Assembly (NCBI GenBank): GCA_902609235.1
Contig: CACLRF010000002.1
Coordinates: forward strand, 2,425-66,424
Direction of reading: 5' to 3'
Length of the DNA: 64,000 nucleotides
DNA from: an uncultured Pelagibacteraceae bacterium
GTDB taxonomy: Bacteria; Pseudomonadota; Alphaproteobacteria; Pelagibacterales; Pelagibacteraceae
A program made the translations under genes and the position numbers. Positions 38,497 through 49,131 of the stretch are shown here, one piece after another; within the stretch, counting starts at the first letter, position 1; each line of letters starts with the position of its first letter. The notes under the pieces are model-generated. The model was given only the letters and a program-made list of their open reading frames with translations, made no database searches and was not told where the DNA came from.

Positions 38497-41400
38497 TGAA
38501 AAATTATAAAAAGAATCTTCATCTTTTAAAAGAAAACAATGTTTATTCAGAAGACATGGAGCATGATGCTTGTGGTGTTGGTATAATTGCATCAACTGAA
38601 GGTAAAAAATCTCGTAAAGTTGTAGAGTTTGGTATTGAAGCGTTAAAAGCTGTTTGGCATAGAGGCGCAGTAGATGCCGATGGTAAAACTGGTGATGGAG
38701 CTGGGATTCATGTTGAAATACCAAAAGATTTCTTCATTGAAAAGATAGAAGTGACAGGACATACACATGACAATTCTGAAATATGTGTGGGCATGATATT
38801 TCTGCCTCGTAATGATTATGCAGCACAAGAAAGTTGCAAAACTATTGTTGAAAGTGAATTAACAAAGAATGATTTTAGTATTTACGGGTGGAGACAAGTT
38901 CCAGTTAATCCAAAAGTTTTAGGAGAAAAGGCATTTCAAACAATGCCAGAAATTATCCAAGTATTGTTTAAACCTTATGATCCAGAATTAACAAATAAAG
39001 ATTTAGAAAGAAAAATTTATGAAACTAGAAGAAAGATAGAAAATGAAGCTTTCAAAAAATCTTTAAACAATTTTTATATTTGTTCATTGAGTTCTAAATC
39101 TATCATTTACAAGGGAATGTTTTTAGCTGAAGCGATTTCAGATTTTTACCTTGATCTAAAAGATGAGAGATTTGTTTCAAGGTTTGCTATTTTTCATCAA
39201 AGATTTTCAACAAATACAGCACCTAGCTGGAATTTAGCTCAACCCTTTAGAGCTATAGCGCATAATGGAGAAATTAATACTTATAGAGGAAATAAAAATT
39301 GGATGAAAGTTCATGAACAAGAGATGAACAATCCATTTTTTGATGATGTTGAAAATTTAAAACCTGTCATACAACAGGGAGCATCAGACTCTGCTGCATT
39401 AGACAATGTTTTTGAATTATTAAATATATCTGGTCAGCCTGCGCCTTTAGCGAAGCTAATGTTAGTTCCAGATGCATGGTCTAAAAAAAATAAAACTCTA
39501 CCAAAAGATCACCAACAATTATTTAATTTTTTAAACAGTACCATGGAGCCATGGGATGGACCGGCAGCCATTGCTGGAACTGATAATGAGTGGGTTATAG
39601 CTGCAAATGATAGAAATGGATTAAGACCTTTAAGATACGCAATTACAAAAGATAAATTGTTATTTGCAGGTTCTGAAACAGGAATGATTGAATTAAATGA
39701 AAAAAGAATTTTGTCAAAGGGAAGATTGGGTCCCGGGGAAATAATTGGAGTTAGAATAGAAAAAGGTAAAGTATTTACTAACAAGCAAATAAAAGATTAT
39801 TTAGCTAAAGAATACAAACACTTTAATTCACAAATTATTGACCTAGATGATAAGTTAACTATTTCAGATGAAAAAAATTCTTTTTCGGGAGATGATTTAA
39901 GAAGAAAGCAATATACTTTTGGAATAAGTTTAGAAGACCTTGAGCTTATACTGCATCCTATGGCAGAAGATGCTAAAGAAGCAACTGGATCTATGGGGGA
40001 CGATACACCATTGGCTGTTTTGTCAGATAGGTATAGACCGTTATACCATTTTTTTAGACAGAATTTTAGCCAAGTCACAAATCCACCAATAGACTCTTTA
40101 AGAGAAAACAAGGTTATGAGTTTGAAAACAAGATTTGGAAATCTTGGAAATATTTTAGATTTTAATAATTTAACAAAGCAAAATATTTATGTTTTAAATA
40201 GTCCAATATTATCAAATTCTCAGTTTGAAAAATTTATAAATTTTTTTGGCAATAATTCATCTATAATTGATTGTACTTTTTCTGAGGAAGAAACTTTATT
40301 TGATTCAATTAAAAAAATTCAAAAAGAAGCTGAAATTGCAGTAAGACAGGGAGTTACTCAATTGATTTTAAGTGACAAAGAAATTTCTAGCTTAAAACTT
40401 CCAATACCAATGCTTTTAGCAGTCGGATCAATCAATTCATTCCTTATTGAAAAAAAACTAAGAGGATATGTATCAATCAATGTTCAATCTGGAGAGGCTT
40501 TAGATACACATTCTTTTGCAACCTTAATAGGAGTTGGAGCAACCACTGTAAATCCATATTTAGCATTTGATAGTTTATTTCAGCGTCATGAAAAGAAATT
40601 ATTTGGTCAATTTAGCTTTGATGAATGTGTAGAGAGATACATAAAATCAGTAAACGCAGGTTTATTAAAGATTATGTCTAAGATGGGTATTTCAGTTCTA
40701 AGTTCTTATAGAGGCGGATGTAACTTTGAAACAGTAGGTTTAAGCAGAACAATTGTTGCAGATTTTTTTCCAGGAGTTGTCTCTAAAATTTCAGGTATTG
40801 GACTTACGGGTATAGAGAAAAAAATTCGAGAGATTCATAAAGAGGCATTTGAAAGTTCTGAAACTATTTTGCCAATAGGCGGTATATACAGATATCGTAA
40901 AAATGGTGAAACACATCAATATCAGGGAAAATTAATTCATTTACTTCAAAGCGCTGTTGGATCTAATTCCTATGATGCTTATAAAAGATATGCAGATGGT
41001 ATTTATAGTTTACCACCAATAAATCTTAGAGACTTAATTGATTTCAGAGAAAAAAAATTAAGTGGGCCAATAGATATTTCTGAGGTTGAGCCAATAGAAA
41101 GCATTTTGAAAAGATTTGGAAGCGGTAGCATGTCTCATGGAGCTTTATCGAAAGAGGCACATGAAACTCTGGCGACTGGTATGAATAGGATCAAAGGTGC
41201 TTCATGTAGTGGAGAGGGCGGTGAAGACGCAAGTAGATTTAAAGTTTTAGATAATGGTGATAGCGCAAACTCAAGAGTTAAACAAATAGCTTCTGCAAGA
41301 TTCGGAGTTACAGTTAATTATCTTAATAATTGTAATGAGATAGAAATTAAAATTGCACAAGGCGCTAAGCCTGGTGAGGGAGGTCAGCTTCCAGGATTTA

Positions 41401-43001
41401 AAGTTACAGAGGAGATTGCTAAACTTAGACATTCAACTCCTGGAGTAACTTTAATATCACCACCACCACATCATGATATTTATTCAATCGAAGATCTTGC
41501 ACAACTAATTTATGATTTGAAACAGATAAATCCTAAAGCAAGAATTGGAGTTAAGCTTGTTGCTTCATCTGGAGTAGGAACAATTGCAGCTGGTGTAGCT
41601 AAAGCAAAAGCAGATATAATATTAATTTCTGGACATAATGGTGGAACAGGAGCAACACCACAGACTAGTGTTAAGTATGTTGGAATACCATGGGAAATGG
41701 GTTTGACAGAAGCAAACCAAGTATTAACTCTAAATAATCTTAGACATAAAGTTACATTAAGAACAGACGGTGGAATTAAAACTGGAAGAGATGTGGTGAT
41801 AGCTGCAATGATGGGTGCTGAAGAATACGGTGTTGCTACAACAGCATTAGTTGCAATGGGTTGTATAATGGTAAGGCAGTGTCATTCAAATACATGTCCT
41901 GTTGGCGTTTGTACTCAAGATGAAAAGCTCAGAGAAAAATTTACTGGAACCCCAGAAAAAGTAGTTAATTTGTTCACATTTATAGCCAGTGAAGTAAGAG
42001 AAATATTAGCAAATTTAGGTTTTAAATCATTAAATGATGTGATTGGTAGGACAGACTTGTTAAAACAGGTTAGTAAGGGTTCTCCAAATTTAGACGATTT
42101 AGATTTAAATCCTTTATTTGTTCAAGCTGATACTGGAAATAATCCAAGGTATTGTGAGGATCAAGAAATAAATAGTGTACCAGATACTCTTGACCAACAA
42201 ATTTGGCCAGAAATTGAGCAAGCTTTAGATAATTCTGAAAAAATTGAGAAAGAATATCAAATAAAAAATACCCACAGGGCAGTAGGCACAAGAATTTCTC
42301 ATCATTTGTATAAAAAATACGGTTATGAAAAACTTGATGAAAACTTTTTAGTTTTAAATTTTAAAGGATCAGCGGGCCAATCATTTGGTGCATTTTCTTC
42401 TAAAGGTTTAAAACTTGTATTAAAGGGAGATGCAAATGATTATGTTGGTAAAGGTTTGTCAGGAGCTACTATTTCAATAAAATTACCTCAAGAGAGCAAT
42501 TTAGTTTCAAATGAGAATACAATTTTAGGAAATACTGTTCTTTACGGAGCTACTTCAGGAAAACTCTTTGCTGCTGGCCAAGCTGGCGAAAGATTTTCAG
42601 TAAGAAATTCTGGAGCAGTTACAGTAATTGAAGGGTGCGATTCTAATGGATGTGAATATATGACTGGTGGAACTGTAGTAATTTTAGGAGATGTTGGTGA
42701 TAATTTTGCAGCTGGTATGACAGGTGGAATGGCCTTTATATATGACAAGTCTCAACAATTTGAAAAGAAAGTAAATCCAGAGTCAGTAGTTTGGCAAAAT
42801 GTAGAGACAGATTATTGGAAAGAATATCTAAAAAAATTAGTCAGTGAGCACTTTAAAGAAACTGAGTCTCAATTATCAAAAAAAATAATTGAAAATTTTA
42901 ATGATGAAGTAAATAATTTTGTTCAGGTGTGTCCTAAAGAAATGTTGGATAAATTAAAAAATCCAATTACTTTAAAAAGAGATATAAAAAAGGTTAGCTA
43001 A
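38496..43001 (+). CDS. gltB: Glutamate synthase large subunit
   Basis: DA-CGVG N-terminal nucleophile, HQRFSTNT, QGAKPGEGGQL, CIMVRQCHSNTC, GXGXG domain. Confidence 0.98.
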   Translation: MKNYKKNLHLLKENNVYSEDMEHDACGVGIIASTEGKKSRKVVEFGIEALKAVWHRGAVDADGKTGDGAGIHVEIPKDFFIEKIEVTGHTHDNSEICVGMIFLPRNDYAAQESCKTIVESELTKNDFSIYGWRQVPVNPKVLGEKAFQTMPEIIQVLFKPYDPELTNKDLERKIYETRRKIENEAFKKSLNNFYICSLSSKSIIYKGMFLAEAISDFYLDLKDERFVSRFAIFHQRFSTNTAPSWNLAQPFRAIAHNGEINTYRGNKNWMKVHEQEMNNPFFDDVENLKPVIQQGASDSAALDNVFELLNISGQPAPLAKLMLVPDAWSKKNKTLPKDHQQLFNFLNSTMEPWDGPAAIAGTDNEWVIAANDRNGLRPLRYAITKDKLLFAGSETGMIELNEKRILSKGRLGPGEIIGVRIEKGKVFTNKQIKDYLAKEYKHFNSQIIDLDDKLTISDEKNSFSGDDLRRKQYTFGISLEDLELILHPMAEDAKEATGSMGDDTPLAVLSDRYRPLYHFFRQNFSQVTNPPIDSLRENKVMSLKTRFGNLGNILDFNNLTKQNIYVLNSPILSNSQFEKFINFFGNNSSIIDCTFSEEETLFDSIKKIQKEAEIAVRQGVTQLILSDKEISSLKLPIPMLLAVGSINSFLIEKKLRGYVSINVQSGEALDTHSFATLIGVGATTVNPYLAFDSLFQRHEKKLFGQFSFDECVERYIKSVNAGLLKIMSKMGISVLSSYRGGCNFETVGLSRTIVADFFPGVVSKISGIGLTGIEKKIREIHKEAFESSETILPIGGIYRYRKNGETHQYQGKLIHLLQSAVGSNSYDAYKRYADGIYSLPPINLRDLIDFREKKLSGPIDISEVEPIESILKRFGSGSMSHGALSKEAHETLATGMNRIKGASCSGEGGEDASRFKVLDNGDSANSRVKQIASARFGVTVNYLNNCNEIEIKIAQGAKPGEGGQLPGFKVTEEIAKLRHSTPGVTLISPPPHHDIYSIEDLAQLIYDLKQINPKARIGVKLVASSGVGTIAAGVAKAKADIILISGHNGGTGATPQTSVKYVGIPWEMGLTEANQVLTLNNLRHKVTLRTDGGIKTGRDVVIAAMMGAEEYGVATTALVAMGCIMVRQCHSNTCPVGVCTQDEKLREKFTGTPEKVVNLFTFIASEVREILANLGFKSLNDVIGRTDLLKQVSKGSPNLDDLDLNPLFVQADTGNNPRYCEDQEINSVPDTLDQQIWPEIEQALDNSEKIEKEYQIKNTHRAVGTRISHHLYKKYGYEKLDENFLVLNFKGSAGQSFGAFSSKGLKLVLKGDANDYVGKGLSGATISIKLPQESNLVSNENTILGNTVLYGATSGKLFAAGQAGERFSVRNSGAVTVIEGCDSNGCEYMTGGTVVILGDVGDNFAAGMTGGMAFIYDKSQQFEKKVNPESVVWQNVETDYWKEYLKKLVSEHFKETESQLSKKIIENFNDEVNNFVQVCPKEMLDKLKNPITLKRDIKKVS

Positions 43002-43741
43002 ATTAATAATTTAAGCTCTTTTAAAATTATATTTAAACATTTTTTATTTGATAAACTGTGATCACCTTTTTTTATAATATTTAATTTTTTCTTAGCCTTT
43101 GGAAATAATCTTAAAACTTTTCTTGAATATGAGACAGGAACTGCCTCATCTTTTTCACCATGTACCATTGTTACTTTAATATTTGAATTTATTTTCTTAT
43201 TTAATACTTTGTTTTTTTTTCCATCTTTTATTAATTGTAGAGTAATTGGGTATTCATAATTGCCATGTTTTAATTGATAAATACCCTTACGTATTGTCTC
43301 CTCTTTCATTCTTTTAGTAAATTTTTTCCACATTAAATTTTCTAAAAATTCAGGAGCAGCGCCTATTCCTAAAAATCCTTTAATCTGTTTTTTGAAAATT
43401 TTGAATTGATTGAGCGAAATCCATGCACCCATACTTGAACCAATTAGCACAAATTCTTTTTTTTTAACGTATTTTCTAATTAAAATTGATGTCTCTTTAC
43501 TCCATTTTGAAATATTTCCATTTACAAATTTTCCAGAAGATTTCCCATGACCAGAGTATTCTAGCGCTAAAAAACTTACTTTATTTTTTTCAGCAAATTT
43601 CAAAAATGCATTTGGTTTTTTACCTTCAAGATCTGACATAAAGCCATGCAAAAAAACTATAAAAGAACTATTTTTATAAATTTTAGAAATATGTCTAATT
43701 TTCTTTGTATTTGATATTTGATGAAATCTGAAATTTGCCAT
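42998..43741 (-). CDS. Alpha/beta hydrolase (ABHD10-like)
   Basis: HGFMSD..GKK, GSSMGAW, GDHSLS. Confidence 0.88.
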   Translation of the reverse strand: MANFRFHQISNTKKIRHISKIYKNSSFIVFLHGFMSDLEGKKPNAFLKFAEKNKVSFLALEYSGHGKSSGKFVNGNISKWSKETSILIRKYVKKKEFVLIGSSMGAWISLNQFKIFKKQIKGFLGIGAAPEFLENLMWKKFTKRMKEETIRKGIYQLKHGNYEYPITLQLIKDGKKNKVLNKKINSNIKVTMVHGEKDEAVPVSYSRKVLRLFPKAKKKLNIIKKGDHSLSNKKCLNIILKELKLLI

Positions 43742-43783
43742 AATCGTTTATAAGTTTTGTCTATTAATATATAATCATATCAA

Positions 43784-44938
43784 ATGTCATCTGATTTAAA
43801 AGTTTTACAAGTAATACCAAAACTAGGTCATGGGGGAGCTGAAACAGGCTGCTATGATATTGCGCATTATTTACCAGAAAATAATTGTAAATCATTTATT
43901 GTAACAAGTGGTGGTGAATTACTTAAATTTGTAGATAGAAAAAAAGTTAAAATATTTAGACTCCCAGTGCAAAGTAAAAATCCTTTACTAATCTTAATTA
44001 ATTCTTTTATCTTAATTGGAATAATTTTAATTTATAATATTTCTTTAGTTCATGCGAGAAGTAGAGCACCTGCTTGGTCATGTTTGTTAGCAACAAAAGT
44101 CACAAGACGTAAATTTGTAACTACATTTCATGGAACATACAATTTTAAGGGTAATATAAAAAAATATTATAATTCAGTAATGACTAGAGCAGATTTAATA
44201 ATTGCGGGATCTAATTTTATTTTTTCTCATATTAAAAAAAATTATTCAAAATATTTAAATGAGAAAAAAAAATTAATGGTTATTTTTAGAGGAATAAATG
44301 TCGACTACTTTGATCCAACAACCAAAATTGAAATTGATGAAAAAAAATTATTAAAAAAATGGGACATTGAAAAAGATAAAAAAATTATACTTTTACCCGG
44401 TAGATTAACTTCTTGGAAAGGACAGGAAGTATTTATTGAGGCAATTAACTTAGTGAATTTAGAACTGGGTTATGAAGCATTTTATGCTGTTGTTTTAGGA
44501 AGTGATCAAGGTAGAGATTTATACAAAAAAAAATTAATAAGACTCTCAGAGCAATACAGATTATCTAAACAAATAAGGTTCATAGATCATTGTAAGGATA
44601 TGGCCTTAGCTTATAAAGTTTCTGATATTATTGTTTCAGCCTCAACTGAACCCGAGGCTTTTGGTAGAGTTGCTGTTGAGGCACAATCGATGGAAAAACC
44701 AATTATTGCAAGTAACATTGGAGGTTCTAACGAAACGATAATTAATGAAAAAACTGGTTTTTTATACGAAGCAGGAAATGCTAAATCATTAAGTGATAAA
44801 ATTTTAAAAACCCTTCACATGGATGAAACTCTATTAAAATCAATTGGTAATGAGGGAAGAAAAAACATAGTTCAAAAATTTAATGTTGAAAAAATGTGCT
44901 TTTCTACTTATTCAGAGTATAAAAGATTATTAAATTAA
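43784..44938 (+). CDS. Glycosyltransferase family 4
   Basis: GGAE, HARSRAPAW, GRLTSWKG, EAFGRVAVEA. Confidence 0.92.
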   Translation: MSSDLKVLQVIPKLGHGGAETGCYDIAHYLPENNCKSFIVTSGGELLKFVDRKKVKIFRLPVQSKNPLLILINSFILIGIILIYNISLVHARSRAPAWSCLLATKVTRRKFVTTFHGTYNFKGNIKKYYNSVMTRADLIIAGSNFIFSHIKKNYSKYLNEKKKLMVIFRGINVDYFDPTTKIEIDEKKLLKKWDIEKDKKIILLPGRLTSWKGQEVFIEAINLVNLELGYEAFYAVVLGSDQGRDLYKKKLIRLSEQYRLSKQIRFIDHCKDMALAYKVSDIIVSASTEPEAFGRVAVEAQSMEKPIIASNIGGSNETIINEKTGFLYEAGNAKSLSDKILKTLHMDETLLKSIGNEGRKNIVQKFNVEKMCFSTYSEYKRLLN

Positions 44939-46855
44939 ATGCCGATAATAACATTACCTGACGGAAACAATATAGATTTTCCTAATAAAGTTACTGGACT
45001 TGAAGTAGCTGAAAAAATTAGCAAATCATTAGCCAAACAAGCCATGGTCATAAGTGTTGATGGTGAGCTTAAAGATCTTGATTTTCTAATTGAAAATGAT
45101 TGTTCTGTAAAAATTTTTACGTCAAAAAATCCTGAGGGCTTAGAAACTATAAGGCACGACACAGCTCATATTTTAGCTATGGCTGTTCAAGAATTGTTTC
45201 CTGGGACACAAGTTACAATTGGACCTGTGATAGAAAACGGATTTTATTACGACTTTGCAAGAAAAGAACCATTTACAGAGGATGATCTGGTTAAAATTGA
45301 AAATAAGATGAAAGAAATTGTTGATAGGAATGAAATAACAAAAAGAGAAATTTGGGATAGGAATAAAGCAATTAGCCATTTTAAAAAAAAGGGCGAAGTT
45401 TACAAAGCAGAGTTGATTGAAGCAATTCCTGAAAATGAAGATGTATCAATTTACTTTCATGGAGAGTGGCATGATTTATGTAGAGGCCCACATCTCTCCT
45501 CTACAGGTAAAATTGGAAAGTATTTTAAACTTACAAAAGTATCAGGAGCATATTGGCGAGGAGACTCAAAAAATGAAATGTTGCAAAGAATATACGGTAC
45601 AAGTTGGGCAACCCAAAAAGATCTAGATGAATATTTGAAAAGAATAGAAGAAGCAGAAAAAAGAGATCATAGAAAATTGGGAAGAGAAATGGATCTATTT
45701 CATTTTAGAGAAGAAAGCCCTGGATCTGTATTTTGGCATGAAAGAGGATGGGCTTTATTTCAAAAACTTATTAACTATATGAGAAGCAGACAAGATGCTG
45801 CTGGTTATAAAGAAGTGAATACTCCAGAGGTATTAGATAGACAATTGTGGGAAAAATCTGGTCATTGGGAAAAATATGGAGAAAACATGTACACTTCAGA
45901 AACGCCAGATGAGAAAGTTTTTGCAATCAAACCGATGAACTGTCCTGGTCATATTCAGGTATTTAATCAAGGTTTAAAAAGTTACAGAGATCTTCCTTTG
46001 CGTTTTGCTGAATTTGGAAAAGTTCATCGTTATGAGCCATCTGGTGCTTTACATGGTTTATTAAGAGTAAGAGCTTTCACACAAGATGATGCTCATATTT
46101 TTTGTACTGAAGATCAAATTACCAGTGAATGTTTAATTGTTACTAATTTAATTTTAGATATTTATAAAGATCTTGGCTTTGAAAATGTAATTTTAAAATA
46201 TGCTGATAGACCAGAGGTAAGAGTGGGTGATGATTTAGTTTGGGATAAAGCAGAAGCTTCTCTACTTGAGGCTGTTAAAGCATCTAAATTAGAATATACC
46301 ATTAATAAAGGTGAGGGTGCATTTTATGGTCCTAAAATTGAATTTGTTTTAAGGGATGCTATTGGTAGAGATTGGCAATGTGGAACTTTACAAGTAGATT
46401 TAAATTTACCTGGAAGATTAGACGCTTCTTATGTCGATAAAGACGGAACAAAAAAAGTTCCTGTTATGTTGCATAGAGCTTTATTTGGATCCTTAGAGAG
46501 ATTTATTGGAATTTTAATTGAAAACTATGCAGGTAAGTTTCCATTCTGGATATCTCCTTTACAGACTATGGTTATACCTATTTCAGAGGAATTTAATGAT
46601 TATGCACTCGAGGTGTCAAATAAAATAAAAAATTTAGGTATAAGTTCTGCAGTAGATTTAAAAAATCATAATTTAAATTATAAAATTAGAGATCATTCTC
46701 TAGCAAAAATACCGCTTTTATTAATTTGCGGTAAAAAAGAAGTTGACTCCAATTCAGTAACGATTAGAAGATTAGATTCTAATAAACAAGAAAATATGGG
46801 TATAGATCAATTCTTAAAAAAATTCTCTGCTTTAAATAAAGCATCATCAAACTAA
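44939..46855 (+). CDS. thrS: Threonine-tRNA ligase
   Basis: TGS domain, DLCRGPH, RDHRKLG, KPMNCPGH, GAFYGPK, GSLERF. Confidence 0.99.
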   Translation: MPIITLPDGNNIDFPNKVTGLEVAEKISKSLAKQAMVISVDGELKDLDFLIENDCSVKIFTSKNPEGLETIRHDTAHILAMAVQELFPGTQVTIGPVIENGFYYDFARKEPFTEDDLVKIENKMKEIVDRNEITKREIWDRNKAISHFKKKGEVYKAELIEAIPENEDVSIYFHGEWHDLCRGPHLSSTGKIGKYFKLTKVSGAYWRGDSKNEMLQRIYGTSWATQKDLDEYLKRIEEAEKRDHRKLGREMDLFHFREESPGSVFWHERGWALFQKLINYMRSRQDAAGYKEVNTPEVLDRQLWEKSGHWEKYGENMYTSETPDEKVFAIKPMNCPGHIQVFNQGLKSYRDLPLRFAEFGKVHRYEPSGALHGLLRVRAFTQDDAHIFCTEDQITSECLIVTNLILDIYKDLGFENVILKYADRPEVRVGDDLVWDKAEASLLEAVKASKLEYTINKGEGAFYGPKIEFVLRDAIGRDWQCGTLQVDLNLPGRLDASYVDKDGTKKVPVMLHRALFGSLERFIGILIENYAGKFPFWISPLQTMVIPISEEFNDYALEVSNKIKNLGISSAVDLKNHNLNYKIRDHSLAKIPLLLICGKKEVDSNSVTIRRLDSNKQENMGIDQFLKKFSALNKASSN

Positions 46856-47401
46856 GTGGCAGATTTCAAACAAAATTATTTTCAAAAAAGAACTAAGGAC
46901 AGAGGTCCAAGGTCTAATAATAGAATTTTTTCTCCAGATGTTCAGGTCATAGCAAGTGATGGTGAAAATCTTGGTGTGATGAATACTAATGAAGCAATTT
47001 TAATGGCAAAAAATCAAGGATTAGATTTAATAGAGATAGCAGCTAATGCAAATCCACCTGTTTGTAAAATTATGGATATGGGTAAGTTTAAATACGATGC
47101 TCAAAAGAAAGCAAATATTGCAAAAAAAAAACAAAAAATTGTCTCATTAAAAGAAATTAAAATGAGACCTGTTACAGAAACTCATGATTATGATTTTAAA
47201 GTAAAAAACGCAAAAAAATTTATAGCTAAAGGGGATAAAGTAAAATTTACAGTAAGATTCAAAGGTAGAGAATTACAACATTCTCATTTAGGAAAAGAAT
47301 TGATGGATAAGATCAAAGAAGACATGAAGGATATTGGCAAGGTAGAGTTACACCCTAAGTTTGATGGTAAGCAAATGATCATGGTAATTCAGCCTTTATA
47401 G
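46856..47401 (+). CDS. infC: Translation initiation factor IF-3
   Basis: PPVCKIMDMGKFKY, KEIKMRP, GDKVK..RFKGRE; GTG directly after the thrS stop (start uncertain). Confidence 0.97.
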   Translation: MADFKQNYFQKRTKDRGPRSNNRIFSPDVQVIASDGENLGVMNTNEAILMAKNQGLDLIEIAANANPPVCKIMDMGKFKYDAQKKANIAKKKQKIVSLKEIKMRPVTETHDYDFKVKNAKKFIAKGDKVKFTVRFKGRELQHSHLGKELMDKIKEDMKDIGKVELHPKFDGKQMIMVIQPL

Positions 47402-47414
47402 GCTTTAATATAGG

Positions 47415-47443
47415 TTGTAAATTTATATCAATCTTTGTATAAC
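47415..47443 (+). promoter_or_regulatory. Promoter TTGTAA-N17-TATAAC for rpmI-rplT
   Basis: Canonical spacing, GC-rich discriminator, ATG 11 nt after the -10. Confidence 0.55.
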
Positions 47444-47454
47444 ACCGCAGAATT

Positions 47455-47661
47455 ATGCCAAAATTAAAAACAAAAAGCTCAGCTAAAAAAAGATTTAAGA
47501 TATCAGCTACTGGCAAAGTATTGACTGCTCAGGCTGGTAAAAGACATGGCATGATTAAAAGAACGAATTCTCAAATAAGAAAGTTAAGAGGCACAACAAC
47601 TATGTCTAAACAAGATGGCAAAATTGTTAAATCATACATGCCTTACAGTTTAAGAGGTTAA
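47455..47661 (+). CDS. rpmI: 50S ribosomal protein L35
   Basis: [21 protein letters not shown]. Confidence 0.98.
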   Translation: MPKLKTKSSAKKRFKISATGKVLTAQAGKRHGMIKRTNSQIRKLRGTTTMSKQDGKIVKSYMPYSLRG

Positions 47662-47663
47662 TA

Positions 47664-48020
47664 ATGGCAAGAGTAAAAAGAGGCGTAGCTAGCAAAGCAA
47701 AACATAAAAAAGTTCTAAAAGCTGTCAAAGGTCAATGGGGCAGAAGAAAAAATACTATCAGAGTTGCAAAGCAAGCGATGGAAAAAGCGATGCAGTATGC
47801 TTATAGAGATAGAAGAAATAAAAAAAGAGATTTCAAATCTCTGTGGATACAAAGAATTAATGCCGGTGTTAGAGCCGAAGGATTAACTTATTCTAAATTT
47901 ATCAATGGCCTTGGAAAATGTGGCATTAAAATTGATAGAAAAATTCTTGCTGAAATTGCTTACGATAGCCCAGAAGCATTTAAAACAATTGTCCAAAAAG
48001 CCCAATCCGCTTTAAATTAA
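47664..48020 (+). CDS. rplT: 50S ribosomal protein L20
   Basis: [30 protein letters not shown]. Confidence 0.98.
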   Translation: MARVKRGVASKAKHKKVLKAVKGQWGRRKNTIRVAKQAMEKAMQYAYRDRRNKKRDFKSLWIQRINAGVRAEGLTYSKFINGLGKCGIKIDRKILAEIAYDSPEAFKTIVQKAQSALN

Positions 48021-48063
48021 TCTTCTCTATTGTTTTTATTTCTTAAGGAAATAATCTACCAAT

Positions 48064-49131
48064 ATGTCAGAGTTAAAAAATATTAGAGATCAGTTTATAT
48101 CAAAGCTTGAAAATGATTTAAGCATTGATCAAGTAAATGAAGTCAAAACAGAGCTCTTTGGTAAAAATGGTTTAATTTCATTAAAATTTAAATCACTAGG
48201 ATCAATTCCAGAGACAGATAGAAAAAAATTTGCATCAGATTTAAATCAAGCTAAAAACGAACTTCAGAATTTGATAACTTCTAAAATTAATGAGATAGAA
48301 GCAAAAAAAATAAACGAAAAATTAGAGAAAGAAAAAGTTGATATAACTTTACCTGAAAGACCGTTTGTTAGAGGAAAAATTCATCCAGTATCACAAACTA
48401 TTGATGAAATTTCATCTATTTTCTCTGAGATAGGATTTAGTGTTGAGGAAGGCCCTGATGTTGAAAATGAATATAACAACTTTACGGCATTAAACACTCC
48501 GGACAATCATCCGGCAAGAGATATGCATGATACGTTTTACTTAGATGAGAACAAAGAGTTTTTGTTACGAACTCACACTTCACCAGTTCAAATTAGAACT
48601 ATGCTAAAAGATAAACCCCCATTTAAGATAATTGCTCCTGGGAGAACTTATAGATCTGATAGTGATCAAACACACGCACCAATGTTTCATCAAGTAGAAG
48701 GTTTGCATATTGACACAAATATTAATATGGGGCATTTAAAAGGATGTTTGAATTATTTCATTAAAGAATTTTTTGAAGTCAAAAAAATTAAAATGAGATT
48801 TAGACCTAGTCATTTTCCATTCACAGAACCATCTGCTGAAGTAGATATTGGTTATGAAATAAAAGATGGCAAAATAATTATTGGAGAGGGAGATAAGTGG
48901 CTTGAAATTTTAGGCTGCGGTATGGTGCATCCTAATGTTTTAAGAAATGTAAAAGTAGATCCTTCTAAATATCAAGGATATGCCTTTGGCATAGGTATAG
49001 ACCGATTAGCAATGCTTAAATACGGCATTAATGATTTAAGAGCATTTTTTGACTGTGATTACAGATGGCTAAATCATTTTGGTTTTGATCCACTTGATGT
49101 CCCTTCAAATTACAGAGGTTTAAGCAGATGA
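48064..49131 (+). CDS. pheS: Phenylalanine-tRNA ligase alpha subunit
   Basis: [33 protein letters not shown]. Confidence 0.99.
   Translation: MSELKNIRDQFISKLENDLSIDQVNEVKTELFGKNGLISLKFKSLGSIPETDRKKFASDLNQAKNELQNLITSKINEIEAKKINEKLEKEKVDITLPERPFVRGKIHPVSQTIDEISSIFSEIGFSVEEGPDVENEYNNFTALNTPDNHPARDMHDTFYLDENKEFLLRTHTSPVQIRTMLKDKPPFKIIAPGRTYRSDSDQTHAPMFHQVEGLHIDTNINMGHLKGCLNYFIKEFFEVKKIKMRFRPSHFPFTEPSAEVDIGYEIKDGKIIIGEGDKWLEILGCGMVHPNVLRNVKVDPSKYQGYAFGIGIDRLAMLKYGINDLRAFFDCDYRWLNHFGFDPLDVPSNYRGLSR

Noticed and set aside
46856-46858. Atypical AUU-type autoregulatory start of infC
   Set aside because: An in-frame GTG abuts the thrS stop, so a non-canonical start cannot be supported from sequence alone
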